This document shows positions 9,794 through 18,759 of a DNA stretch of 64,000 nucleotides, piece after piece. The DNA is taken from positions 47,326 to 111,325 of the forward strand of contig DDFC01000030.1 of assembly GCA_002336895.1 (NCBI GenBank), in the 5' to 3' direction. Under the pieces are notes generated by a model. It was not told the DNA's origin, made no database searches, and was given only the letters and a program-made list of their open reading frames with translations. The first letter of the stretch is position 1. Every line of letters starts with the position of its first letter. This DNA is from Verrucomicrobiaceae bacterium UBA1938 (GTDB lineage: Bacteria; Verrucomicrobiota; Verrucomicrobiia; Verrucomicrobiales; Verrucomicrobiaceae). The position numbers and the translations under genes are program-made.

Positions 9794-11344
9794 ATGATCC
9801 GCCGCCTTTTTCCCAAACGCACCGCCCGCACCCTGCTCTGGCTCTTCATCTCCCTTATCACCCTCGTGGCGCTGCTCTACGTGTGGACAAACTGGAGCGG
9901 AGCCCGCCGCTGGGCCGCCGCCCACGCACTGGTGCAGCGCGAGGGCGAAACCTTCGACTTCCACGCCCTCCTGCCGCAGACACCCCCGGAGGCGCAGAAC
10001 CTCCTCGCCATCGAGCCCCTGCGCGGCATTGCCGCCGTCGTGGAGGGAGACGCCTCCAAAGGCGAGCCCGCAGCCCGCCGCAAAGCTCTCGAGGCGCTCA
10101 AATGGACAGGCACCGCCCCCGCCGCCCAGGGAGTCGCACTCAGCCAGGCCACGGACTTCCGTGATTGGGTCAAGTTTCTCCGCGACTCCAAATACCTCGA
10201 CCTGCCCGCCGCCCCCGAGCCCGCAGCCCGCGACGTGCTCGCCGCGCTGGATGCCAGGCATCCCCTGCTCAAACAAATCTCCGATGCCGTGACCACCCGC
10301 CCCCTGGCCATGTTCACCCCCGGCCTGCGCGAGCGTCCGCTGCCCGAGCTGCTGATCAGCATGCCCCTGCCGCACTACACCGCTGCGACGGGGCTGGCCC
10401 GTGCCCTGGGTCTGCGCGCACGTGCTGCCCTTGCCGCCGGAGACAGCACCGAGGCCGCGCACAGCATCCTGGCTCTTCACCAGATGGCCCTCGCTGCCGG
10501 GCAGGAGCCGCTGCTCATCGGTTTGCTCGTTGGCCACTCCTTTGAGTCCCAGGCCCTGGCGCCTCTCTGGCAGGGCCTGAAAGACCGCGCCTTCACCCCG
10601 GAGGATCTCCAGCGCTTGCAGTCCGCCTTTTCTCCGGCGGACCAGACAGCCCGTGCCATGCTCCAGGCCATGCGCGGAGAGATGGCCGCAGGCTGCAATG
10701 CGCTGGACCTCGTGCAGCAGACCGCCAGTGGCCGCCGCAGCATGGACGAGATGCTCTCCACCGCTCTTTCCTCCAGCAGTCACACTACCAGCCGCGTCCT
10801 CATTCGCCTGGTCCCCGGCGGCCTCTTCGACCACTGGAAAAGCCTGCTCGTGGAGCTGGAAATGCAGCAGCTCATTCTCCCCCTTAAAAAAGACGGACTG
10901 CATGCAGCGCTGACCTCCAGCGAAAAGATCATCGATGACCTCAAGCAGCGCTCCAATCTCCTCCGCCATCCCGACTACATCGTGGCCAGGCTGCTGCTGC
11001 CCTCCGTCACCCAGGTTAGCTGTAATGCTCTGCTCATCGACGCCCGCCGCAGGCAGGTGATCACCGCTCTCGCGCTGGAGCGCTTCTTTGTCAAAAACGC
11101 CCGCTATCCCGCCGCGCTTACTGAGCTGGTCCCAGACTACCTCCCCGCCATCCCCGCCGATCCCTGCTCTGCCCAGCCCCTTCGTTACCGCACCACCCCC
11201 GCAGGCCGCTACGCCCTCTGGTCCGTCGCGTTCGATGGCAAAGACGACTCCGGCAAAGTCACCCCCGATTCCAAAACCAGCCCCAAGCTCACCAAGCGCG
11301 AATACCTCGGCGACTGGACCTGGACCTACGATCCGGTCAAGTGA
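9794..11344 (+). CDS. Membrane-anchored hypothetical protein, third gene of ECF operon
   Basis: ATG 9794, N-terminal TM helix, long helical body, C-terminal DPCS.QPLRY....LWSV..DGKDDSG motif. Confidence 0.7.
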   Translation: MIRRLFPKRTARTLLWLFISLITLVALLYVWTNWSGARRWAAAHALVQREGETFDFHALLPQTPPEAQNLLAIEPLRGIAAVVEGDASKGEPAARRKALEALKWTGTAPAAQGVALSQATDFRDWVKFLRDSKYLDLPAAPEPAARDVLAALDARHPLLKQISDAVTTRPLAMFTPGLRERPLPELLISMPLPHYTAATGLARALGLRARAALAAGDSTEAAHSILALHQMALAAGQEPLLIGLLVGHSFESQALAPLWQGLKDRAFTPEDLQRLQSAFSPADQTARAMLQAMRGEMAAGCNALDLVQQTASGRRSMDEMLSTALSSSSHTTSRVLIRLVPGGLFDHWKSLLVELEMQQLILPLKKDGLHAALTSSEKIIDDLKQRSNLLRHPDYIVARLLLPSVTQVSCNALLIDARRRQVITALALERFFVKNARYPAALTELVPDYLPAIPADPCSAQPLRYRTTPAGRYALWSVAFDGKDDSGKVTPDSKTSPKLTKREYLGDWTWTYDPVK

Positions 11345-11364
11345 TGCAGGCACTCCTGCCTGCA
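11341..11364. repeat. REP-like palindrome GTGATGCAGGCACTCCTGCCTGCA
   Basis: Two mismatches to reverse complement of 57050-57073. Confidence 0.6.
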
Positions 11365-11453
11365 ATGCGAGCTACCTAGCACATCCGCCCCGCCGCCCGC
11401 CCCGCCCCACATCGCTGAAAACACCCCGCCGTCTCCACGTTCACAGCGCCACC

Positions 11454-13277
11454 ATGCTTCGCATCCTGCTCTGTTTCGTTGCCTCTTTCGCCCTGCTGCC
11501 CTCCGCAATCGCGGCCAGGCCAAACCTCCTCATCATCACCACCGACGACATGAGCTGCGACTCTGTGGGCGTTTACGGCTGCAAGCTCAAGGACACCACG
11601 CCCCACATGGACAGGCTCGCCGCTCAGAGCCTGCGCTTCAACTACGCCCACACCGTCGTCGGCAATTGCATGCCCTCGCGCAATGTCATGTGGTCCGGCA
11701 AGTATCCGCACAACAACCGCATCGAAGGCTTCCAGTCCATCACCAAAGAGTCCAAGAATTACCCCGTGCTCGGAGACCTCATGAAGGACGCCGGTTACTT
11801 CACCGGCATCCGTCACAAAGTCAGCCACTCCACCCCCTACTCCCCCTTTCCGTGGGATCTCGTGCTTGGAGATGAAAAGCACGACGACGCCAAAAACCCC
11901 GCCTCCTGGGGCCAGGCCGCCATCACCGGCATCGACGCTGCAAAGAAAGCCGGCAAACCCTTCTGCCTCTTGCTCAACATCGCCGACCCGCACAAGCCCT
12001 TCTACGCCGAGGGCAAAAAGGGCGAGACCATTCCCGACAAAAACGTGCCGTCCAAAGTCTTCACCCCCGAGGAGGTGCCCGTGCCCGGCTTCCTGCCGGA
12101 CGACCCCGTCGTGCGCAAGGAGCTCTCCCACTACTACTCCAGCGTGCGTCGTGCTGACGATGGCGTGGGCGCCATCATCGCCGCGCTCAAAGCCTCCGGT
12201 GAGGATGAAAACACCATCATCATCTTTCTCTCAGACCACGGCATGCCGCTGCCCTTTGCCAAAACCCAGCTCTACCACCACAGCACCCGCACCCCGCTCA
12301 TGATCCGCTGGCCCGGCGTCACCCAGCCCGGCGGCGTCGATGACGAGCACCTCATCTCCACCGTCGATCTCCTGCCCACCATTCTCGACATGCTCGGCAT
12401 CGCCTCCCCCGGCGGCTTCGACGGCAGCTCTTTCGCCGCCGTGCTCAAGGGCGAAAAGCAGCCGCAGCGCACCATGATCTTCAAGGAGCACAACGAAAAC
12501 TCCGGCGGTCAAAATACTCCCATGCGCGCCGTGCAGACCAAGGACATGGTTTACATCTTCAGCCCCTGGTCCAACGGCAAACGCATCATGACCGGCGCCA
12601 CCAATGGCACCGCCACCTGCCGCCAGATGCGCGTGCTGGCGAAGACCAACGAACAGATCGCCGCCCGCATCGACCTCTTTGACCACCGTGTGCCCGAGGA
12701 GGCCTACGACGTGAGCTACGACCCCGATGCCCTCACCAATCTTATTGCCAAACCCGAGCACGCCGCCCAGGTGGCCGTCCTGGAAAAAGCCATGGAAGAC
12801 TGGATGGTCAAAACCAACGACCCGCTCCTCGAAGTCTTCCGCCATCGTGACGACCCCGCCGCGCGCGAAAAGCTCATGCAGCAGCTCGAAGGCAAACAGA
12901 TGACCAAGAAGGAGCGCGTCGCCGCCAAGCAGGCCGCCAAGATGCAAAGCAGGTCTGCGGCAAAGCCCGATCCCTTCATCGTCCTCGTCGTGCCGGAGTC
13001 CGTCACCCCCAGCCAGAAGGCCACTGTCAAGCTCACCCACCACTTCCCCGCCGACCTCGGAGAGAAACCCGTGCAGGTCACCCTCAAAGGCGGCGACAAC
13101 AGCCGCATCCAGCGCAAGGAAGTCAAAGCCCGCGGAGACGGCGTCATCGAAGTCACCTTCGACATCCCCGCCACCCTCCCCGAAGACAAAGCCATCTTCG
13201 CCGCCCTCGTCGGCAGCAATATCAAAGACGCCCTCCAGCATTTGCAGGCCAAGCCGGTGCCGGTGGTGGTGAAGTAG
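11454..13277 (+). CDS. Sulfatase with extra C-terminal beta-rich domain
   Basis: Signal peptide, RPNLLIITTDD, CMPSR, SDHG; ~100 aa beta-strand-like tail. Confidence 0.88.
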   Translation: MLRILLCFVASFALLPSAIAARPNLLIITTDDMSCDSVGVYGCKLKDTTPHMDRLAAQSLRFNYAHTVVGNCMPSRNVMWSGKYPHNNRIEGFQSITKESKNYPVLGDLMKDAGYFTGIRHKVSHSTPYSPFPWDLVLGDEKHDDAKNPASWGQAAITGIDAAKKAGKPFCLLLNIADPHKPFYAEGKKGETIPDKNVPSKVFTPEEVPVPGFLPDDPVVRKELSHYYSSVRRADDGVGAIIAALKASGEDENTIIIFLSDHGMPLPFAKTQLYHHSTRTPLMIRWPGVTQPGGVDDEHLISTVDLLPTILDMLGIASPGGFDGSSFAAVLKGEKQPQRTMIFKEHNENSGGQNTPMRAVQTKDMVYIFSPWSNGKRIMTGATNGTATCRQMRVLAKTNEQIAARIDLFDHRVPEEAYDVSYDPDALTNLIAKPEHAAQVAVLEKAMEDWMVKTNDPLLEVFRHRDDPAAREKLMQQLEGKQMTKKERVAAKQAAKMQSRSAAKPDPFIVLVVPESVTPSQKATVKLTHHFPADLGEKPVQVTLKGGDNSRIQRKEVKARGDGVIEVTFDIPATLPEDKAIFAALVGSNIKDALQHLQAKPVPVVVK

Positions 13278-13326
13278 TGCTGTGGCTCGCCTTCGTTCAC
13301 TCGAAACAACATCCTCTCTCACAGAT

Positions 13327-13436
13327 GAAGGCCAACGGCCTTCCGTATTTAAGCCCAGGGTTCGTAGAACCCTGGGATAAGAGCAACCCGTACCGTTTGT
13401 CATGGTGCAACCCCAGCGGGGTTGCGTCCATCGCCG
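13327..13436. repeat. Left palindromic end of Y1 element
   Basis: Hairpins GAAGGCC-AAC-GGCCTTC, CCCAGGGTTC-GTA-GAACCCTGGG, GCAACCCC-AGC-GGGGTTGC. Confidence 0.85.
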
Positions 13437-13439
13437 CAG

Positions 13440-13895
13440 TCAACCCCAAACATACGCCTCATCCCATCTCTGGTTATGGCGTCTCAGCAGTTCACGATAC
13501 TCGTCTTGGAAGGTGATTTTCCGATGATGCTCCTCCTGTTGCTCGATGTATCGAACCACGGCTCCTGAACGGGATTCAGACACCGAAAAGCAGCCGTATC
13601 CAGCCTGCCAGTGGAATTGGCGGAACATGCCGCCGCGCTCCTGAATCCAATTGCAGGAGACGCGTTTGATCTCCTTGACGAATTCCGCCATGGCAAGGGT
13701 GCGCGATAGTGTGGTCAGCAAGTGGATGTGATCCGCGACACCTCCGACCTGGATGGGAAGACAGTCCAATGCCTTGGCACATCCACCAAGATAAGAGTGC
13801 ACTTCGGAACGAAAAGACGCGTCGTGAAAGACCGGCTCGCGGTCCTTGGTGGAAAAGACAGTGTGGATCAAAACGCGGGCGATGGACTGGGACAT
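13440..13895 (-). CDS. tnpA: IS200/IS605-family (RAYT-like) HUH transposase TnpA
   Basis: H.VFSTK.R, DHIH (HUH), WQAGY, RYI..Q.EHH. Confidence 0.9.
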   Translation of the reverse strand: MSQSIARVLIHTVFSTKDREPVFHDASFRSEVHSYLGGCAKALDCLPIQVGGVADHIHLLTTLSRTLAMAEFVKEIKRVSCNWIQERGGMFRQFHWQAGYGCFSVSESRSGAVVRYIEQQEEHHRKITFQDEYRELLRRHNQRWDEAYVWG

Positions 13896-13913
13896 GACAA
13901 ATTCTGGATCAAG

Positions 13914-14022
13914 CGGCGATGGACGCAACCCCGCCGGGGTTGCACCGGAAATATCTGTGGGTGATTTCCATTCCCAGGGTTCTGCGAACCCTGGGCTTAA
14001 AGACGCATGCCCGTTGGGCATG
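13914..14022. repeat. Right palindromic end of Y1 element (inverted copy of left end)
   Basis: Reverse complement reads CATGCCC-AAC-GGGCATG...TAAGCCCAGGGTTCGCAGAACCCTGGGA...TGCAACCCCGGCGGGGTTGCGTCCATCGCCG. Confidence 0.85.
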
Positions 14023-14096
14023 AAACTGGGGTGTGACCAGCGCGTGCTTTCACTTCTTGGATAATCCCTCTTCGGAGGCGCGTTAAAACTCGCTTC

Positions 14097-15386
14097 ATGA
14101 TCCGCTCTCCTTTCTGTCTCTTCTTCGCCTGCGTCCTTACCGCCTCCGCCGCCGACCTCTCCGTCGCAAATTACCCTTCCATCCAGGATGCGCTCGATGC
14201 GAACCCAAACCGCATGCTCTTTGTGCCGGCGGGCGACTACTCCATCACGCAAAAGATCCGCATCCGTGGCGAGCGCAGCGGCCTCTTCGGCCCCGGGCGC
14301 ATCATCCAGCAGAGCGCAGACCAGCCGATCATCGAGATCGAAAACGCGAATGCGGCGGAGATCCGCGATCTCACACTCACGCGGCCAGAGGGGAAAATGG
14401 ACTCCCGCAATGAAGCCATCCTCGCCATCAAATGCCGCGACCTCGTCATCGAAAACGTGCGCGTGCTCGACAACCGCAGCCCCGCCGGAGCCATCTCCGT
14501 GCGCGAGAGCAAGGACACACGCATCTCCCGCTGCCTCGTGCGCAATTACATGCGCGTCAGCATCGACGACCGCACCCAGAGCAAGGACTGGGGCTACGCC
14601 TTCAACTGCACCGACGGCACCGGCATCAGCGTCAGCTACAGCACCGGCTCGCTCATCGAGGGGAACCGCGTCATCGAGGACAACTTCGTCCCCACTCCGG
14701 AAGTGAAGGCCCGGTACAAGCTCGGCGACTACGTGAAGAAGAACCCCGTAAAAGGCGCGCTCATGAACCAGCAGGCCTGGGACTCAAACTACACCGACGC
14801 CTGGCAGCAGGGCTCCGGCATCGTGGTCAATGCCCCGGAGGTGAACGACCTCACGCGCGTCATCGGCAACCACATTGAAAACGCCGCTCAGGGCCTCGAC
14901 ATCCATGCCGACCACGTCATCGTCTCCCAGAACATCATCACCAATGCCTTCATCGGCATGAAGGCCATGCACGGCTCGCGCAATGTGCTCATCTCTGGGA
15001 ACCAGTTCGTGCGGAACTCCCTCTGGGCCATCGGCCTCATGCCAGGTGCCGCTGCTCATCCCGCCACCGATGACAAGCCCGAGAACTCCGATGGCGGCTC
15101 CATCATCTCCAACAACCTCATCTCCGACTTCGGTTACGGAGACGCCCACTGGATCTGGGGAAATGAACGCTCTCCCATCAAATTCGACACCGGCCAGCAG
15201 CCCGACGACCCGCCTCTCACCGACGTCGTGATCACTGGCAATGTCATCCACGCCCTCGACAAGCCCCGCTACAAATACGCCGTCATCATCCCCGGCGGCC
15301 CCAATGCCCCACGCGGCCTCCATTTTTCCAGCAACCTCTTCCACCCAGGCACCCAAGGCATCTGCAACACCGATCTGCCCCAGTAA
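14097..15386 (+). CDS. Secreted right-handed parallel beta-helix (pectin lyase fold) protein
   Basis: Signal peptide, SIQDALD...LFVPAGDY, repeated I..N.I/GN motifs. Confidence 0.75.
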   Translation: MIRSPFCLFFACVLTASAADLSVANYPSIQDALDANPNRMLFVPAGDYSITQKIRIRGERSGLFGPGRIIQQSADQPIIEIENANAAEIRDLTLTRPEGKMDSRNEAILAIKCRDLVIENVRVLDNRSPAGAISVRESKDTRISRCLVRNYMRVSIDDRTQSKDWGYAFNCTDGTGISVSYSTGSLIEGNRVIEDNFVPTPEVKARYKLGDYVKKNPVKGALMNQQAWDSNYTDAWQQGSGIVVNAPEVNDLTRVIGNHIENAAQGLDIHADHVIVSQNIITNAFIGMKAMHGSRNVLISGNQFVRNSLWAIGLMPGAAAHPATDDKPENSDGGSIISNNLISDFGYGDAHWIWGNERSPIKFDTGQQPDDPPLTDVVITGNVIHALDKPRYKYAVIIPGGPNAPRGLHFSSNLFHPGTQGICNTDLPQ

Positions 15387-15587
15387 AAAGGAGAGCGGAC
15401 TTCAGTCCGCAGCACTCCGCGGCAAACAGCATTCTTATCCCTCCCCCATCCACGCCACATCAAAAACTCAAGTCTTGGAGCAGCGGGTGATAGAGAATTA
15501 TTCACAAGCTATGTAGTATTACATAATACCACGATCTATCAAAAATAGGATCGTCCTCTCTTGGACACAACCGCCTCGTCACTGACC

Positions 15588-15651
15588 AGCTCTGAAGGGG
15601 CTGCGTAATTGAGCCCAGGGTCAGCCGAGCCTCAGCGAGGCGACCCTGGGT
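15588..15651. repeat. Solo REP-like copy related to Y1 element ends
   Basis: Small hairpin, then AGCCCAGGGT...ACCCTGGG stem, same architecture as 13327-13377. Confidence 0.6.
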
Positions 15652-15785
15652 ATATGGCAAACAATCCGGAAAGCAAACCCACCGCTTTCTTCACCACGCC
15701 GCGCTCTCCAGCAGCGTTTCCCCCGTCCTCCCGCAACGCCTCGCCTCCGCACCCACTCATTCCGTCAAACGAACCTCGAACGGTG

Positions 15786-16016
15786 TCACCCACCCGCCAG
15801 CCACTTCTGAAACGCCGTCTCCACGCGCTCCAGCATCTCCGTTCGACTGCGGCGCACATCCGTAAACTGATTCCACTGCGTGGTGTCCGCGCCCGGACCC
15901 TCGATCTCCGAGATAAACTCTATCACCAGCCCCAGCTTGTCGCGGTGCTGCTCACGCAGGTAGTCGGTGCAGGCGGCGGCGGTCTGCTGCAGCCGGTTTT
16001 TCGTTCCCAGTCCCAT
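15786..16016 (-). CDS. Hypothetical protein
   Basis: 76-aa ORF filling the intergenic space; no recognisable motif. Confidence 0.35.
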   Translation of the reverse strand: MGLGTKNRLQQTAAACTDYLREQHRDKLGLVIEFISEIEGPGADTTQWNQFTDVRRSRTEMLERVETAFQKWLAGG

Positions 16017-16129
16017 GCGCCATTCATCCGGCGTTTCCGCATCACAGGCAAGCACGAATGAAACAGCCGCCGCAGATCATCTTCCGCGTCTTTGCCGAAG
16101 GAACGTGCCCTCCGCTCCGTTCCCTCGCC

Positions 16130-17692
16130 ATGCGCCAGCCAGCATCCATCACCAAATTCTGTCTCCTCATCCTTTCGTCATTCGCTCTCGCTGCATCGTC
16201 CTTCGCCGCTGAGCCACCGCCAAACATCCTCTTCGCTATCGCCGACGACTGGGGCCCGCATGCCAGCGCCTACGGTACGCCCTGGGTCAAGACCCCCAGC
16301 TTTGACCGCGTCGCCAAGGAAGGCCTGCTGTTCCGCCAGGCCTACACGCCCAATGCCAAATGCGCCCCCTCACGCGCCTGCATCCTCACCGGGCGCAATT
16401 CCTGGCAGCTTAAGGAAGCAGCCAATCACATCTGCTACTTCCCGCCCGAGTTCAAAGGCTGGGGCGAGGCCCTCGCCGAGAAAGGCTGGAACGTCGGCTA
16501 CACCACCAAAGGCTGGGGCCCCGGCGTGGCCAATGACGCCAATGGCAAGCCTCGCCAGATGACCGGCAAGCCCTACAACAAACGCCGCGCCGAAGCCCCC
16601 ACACCCGAGATTCTAAACTGCGACTACGCCGCCAACTTCAGCGACTTCCTCGATGCCGCGCCCGCAGGCAAGCCCTGGTGCTTCTGGTATGGCAGCGTCG
16701 AGCCGCATCGTGGCTACGAGTTCGGCAGCGGCGTCGCCAAAGGCGGCAAGAAGCTCACGGACATCGACCACGTGCCCGCCTACTGGCCGGACAACGACGT
16801 CATCCGCAATGACATGCTCGACTACGCCTTCGAGGTGGAGCATTTCGACAAGCACCTCGGCCGCATGATCGCCGACCTCGAAAAGCGCGGCCTGCTGGAC
16901 AACACCCTCATCATCGTCACCGCAGACCACGGCATGCCCTTCCCGCGCAGCAAGGGAAACGCCAACGTGCAGGCCAACCACGTGCCCCTCGCCATGATGT
17001 GGAAAAAAGGCATCCTCCAGCCCGGCCGCACGCTCAGCGACTTCGTCAGCTTCGTCGATCTCGCCCCCACCCTCATCGAGGTGGCTGGCATGAAGTGGGC
17101 GGACACCGGCATGGCCGAGTCTCCCGGCCGCAGCCTCACCGATCTCTTCGCCGCCAAGCCCGTCCATGTGCGCGATCACGTCCTTCTCGGCAAAGAACGC
17201 ACCGACGTCGGCCGCCCGCACGACTGGGGCTATCCCATCCGCGCCATCGTGACGAAGGACAGCGTCTTCATCGAAAACTTCGAGCCCACCCGCTGGCCCG
17301 GCGGCAATCCCGAGACCGGCTACATGGACTGCGATGCCGGTGCCACCAAGACCTTCATCCTCGACGCCCATCGCAAAAACCCCGCCGACCCTTTCTGGCA
17401 GCTCTGCTTCGGCCTGCGTCCCGGCACCGAGTTTTACGATCTCAAAGCCGACCCCGATTTCGTTAATAACCTCCCCGCCGATCCCCGTGCCACCGCCTTG
17501 AAAACACAGCTCCACGCCGAGCTCACTCAGCAGGGAGATCCCCGCATGTCGGGCCAGGGCTCCATCTTCGACGAATACAAACACGCCCAGCCCGGGAACG
17601 TTGGCTTCTATGAGAAATTCATGAGCGGCAAGCCCATGAAAGCCGGATGGATCAATCCAAGCGACATCGAACCCCGGCCCGTGCTTCCATGA
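16130..17692 (+). CDS. Sulfatase (heparan N-sulfatase-like)
   Basis: Signal peptide, [26 protein letters not shown]. Confidence 0.9.
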   Translation: MRQPASITKFCLLILSSFALAASSFAAEPPPNILFAIADDWGPHASAYGTPWVKTPSFDRVAKEGLLFRQAYTPNAKCAPSRACILTGRNSWQLKEAANHICYFPPEFKGWGEALAEKGWNVGYTTKGWGPGVANDANGKPRQMTGKPYNKRRAEAPTPEILNCDYAANFSDFLDAAPAGKPWCFWYGSVEPHRGYEFGSGVAKGGKKLTDIDHVPAYWPDNDVIRNDMLDYAFEVEHFDKHLGRMIADLEKRGLLDNTLIIVTADHGMPFPRSKGNANVQANHVPLAMMWKKGILQPGRTLSDFVSFVDLAPTLIEVAGMKWADTGMAESPGRSLTDLFAAKPVHVRDHVLLGKERTDVGRPHDWGYPIRAIVTKDSVFIENFEPTRWPGGNPETGYMDCDAGATKTFILDAHRKNPADPFWQLCFGLRPGTEFYDLKADPDFVNNLPADPRATALKTQLHAELTQQGDPRMSGQGSIFDEYKHAQPGNVGFYEKFMSGKPMKAGWINPSDIEPRPVLP

Positions 17693-18747
17693 GAATCCTG
17701 CTCTGCCTTCTGCTCTGCAGTTCTGCGTTTGGTGCGTCCAAAAAACTCACTGGCACCCAGCCGCTGCCACCCATGCCTGCGGCGGCCTTTACCGTCGTCA
17801 TCATTCCAGACACCCAGGCCTACACCGGCAAAGGCTGCAAGGCTACGCCAGAGAGCACCGAACCCGTGTCCAATACCAACCTGGAGGCCCAGGTGAAATG
17901 GATCGCCGCGCACCGGGAGGATCAAAACATCGTCTTCGTCAGCCACGTCGGAGACATCGTGGACAAAAACAATGCCAACGAATGGGCCGTGGCCAGGCAG
18001 CACCTCGACACCCTCCGCGGCGTGGTCCCCTTCAGCCTCACGGTCGGCAATCACGACATGACCACCAAGGGAGACGCGCATCTTTTCCAAGAGCACTTTC
18101 CCGCCGCCAGCTTCAAGGACTATCCCTGGTACCTCGGCAGCTACACCCACACCCGCAAAGATCAGAACGTCTCCGCCAACAATGTGAACAGCGCCCAGCT
18201 CTTCACCGCCGGCGGCATGGACTTCATCCACCTCAGCCTCGAGTGCAATGCACCCGACGACGTGCTCGCCTGGGCCGGTGACCTCCTCGCCAAAAATGCA
18301 TCACGCCGTGCGCTCATCACCACCCACATGGACCTCGGCATCCTCGACAAGCCCAAGACCGAGGAGGGCTTCATCCACGATCCCAAAGGCCGCATGCGCT
18401 GGATCAAAATCCACGGCGCGCGTGGAAACACCGGAGAGCAGATGTGGGACAAGCTCTTCCGCAGGCACGCAAACCTCCGCCTCATCTTCTGCGGAGACCA
18501 GAGCCGCGTCACCGCGCTGAAACTCACCACCCCGGCTGACGACGGCCACCCCGTCACCTCCATGCTCACAGACTACCTCTCCCAGCCCGCCCTGCGCCTC
18601 CTGCGCTTTGTGCCCGCAGAGAACCGCATCCACGCCCTCACCTACGATGTCGTAAACAACGTCCTCGTCTCCGACACACCCTACGTCCACGACCTCGACC
18701 AGCACCAGTTCACGCTCGACTACCCCATGCAGCCTGCTGCCAGATAA
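17689..18747 (+). CDS. Calcineurin-like metallophosphoesterase
   Basis: IPDTQ, HVGDIVD, GNHD, TH motifs; ATGA coupling to upstream sulfatase. Confidence 0.85.
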   Translation: MRILLCLLLCSSAFGASKKLTGTQPLPPMPAAAFTVVIIPDTQAYTGKGCKATPESTEPVSNTNLEAQVKWIAAHREDQNIVFVSHVGDIVDKNNANEWAVARQHLDTLRGVVPFSLTVGNHDMTTKGDAHLFQEHFPAASFKDYPWYLGSYTHTRKDQNVSANNVNSAQLFTAGGMDFIHLSLECNAPDDVLAWAGDLLAKNASRRALITTHMDLGILDKPKTEEGFIHDPKGRMRWIKIHGARGNTGEQMWDKLFRRHANLRLIFCGDQSRVTALKLTTPADDGHPVTSMLTDYLSQPALRLLRFVPAENRIHALTYDVVNNVLVSDTPYVHDLDQHQFTLDYPMQPAAR

Positions 18748-18759
18748 AATTCATCCGCC

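Larger units (their letters stand above)
13282..14022. mobile_element. REP-flanked Y1 transposase element (IS200/RAYT-type, no tnpB)
   Basis: HUH transposase bracketed by long imperfect inverted repeats built of hairpins. Confidence 0.75.

Noticed and set aside
13440-13895. IS605-type element with TnpB or an RNA-guided nuclease
   Set aside because: No tnpB/IscB ORF between or beside the palindromic ends
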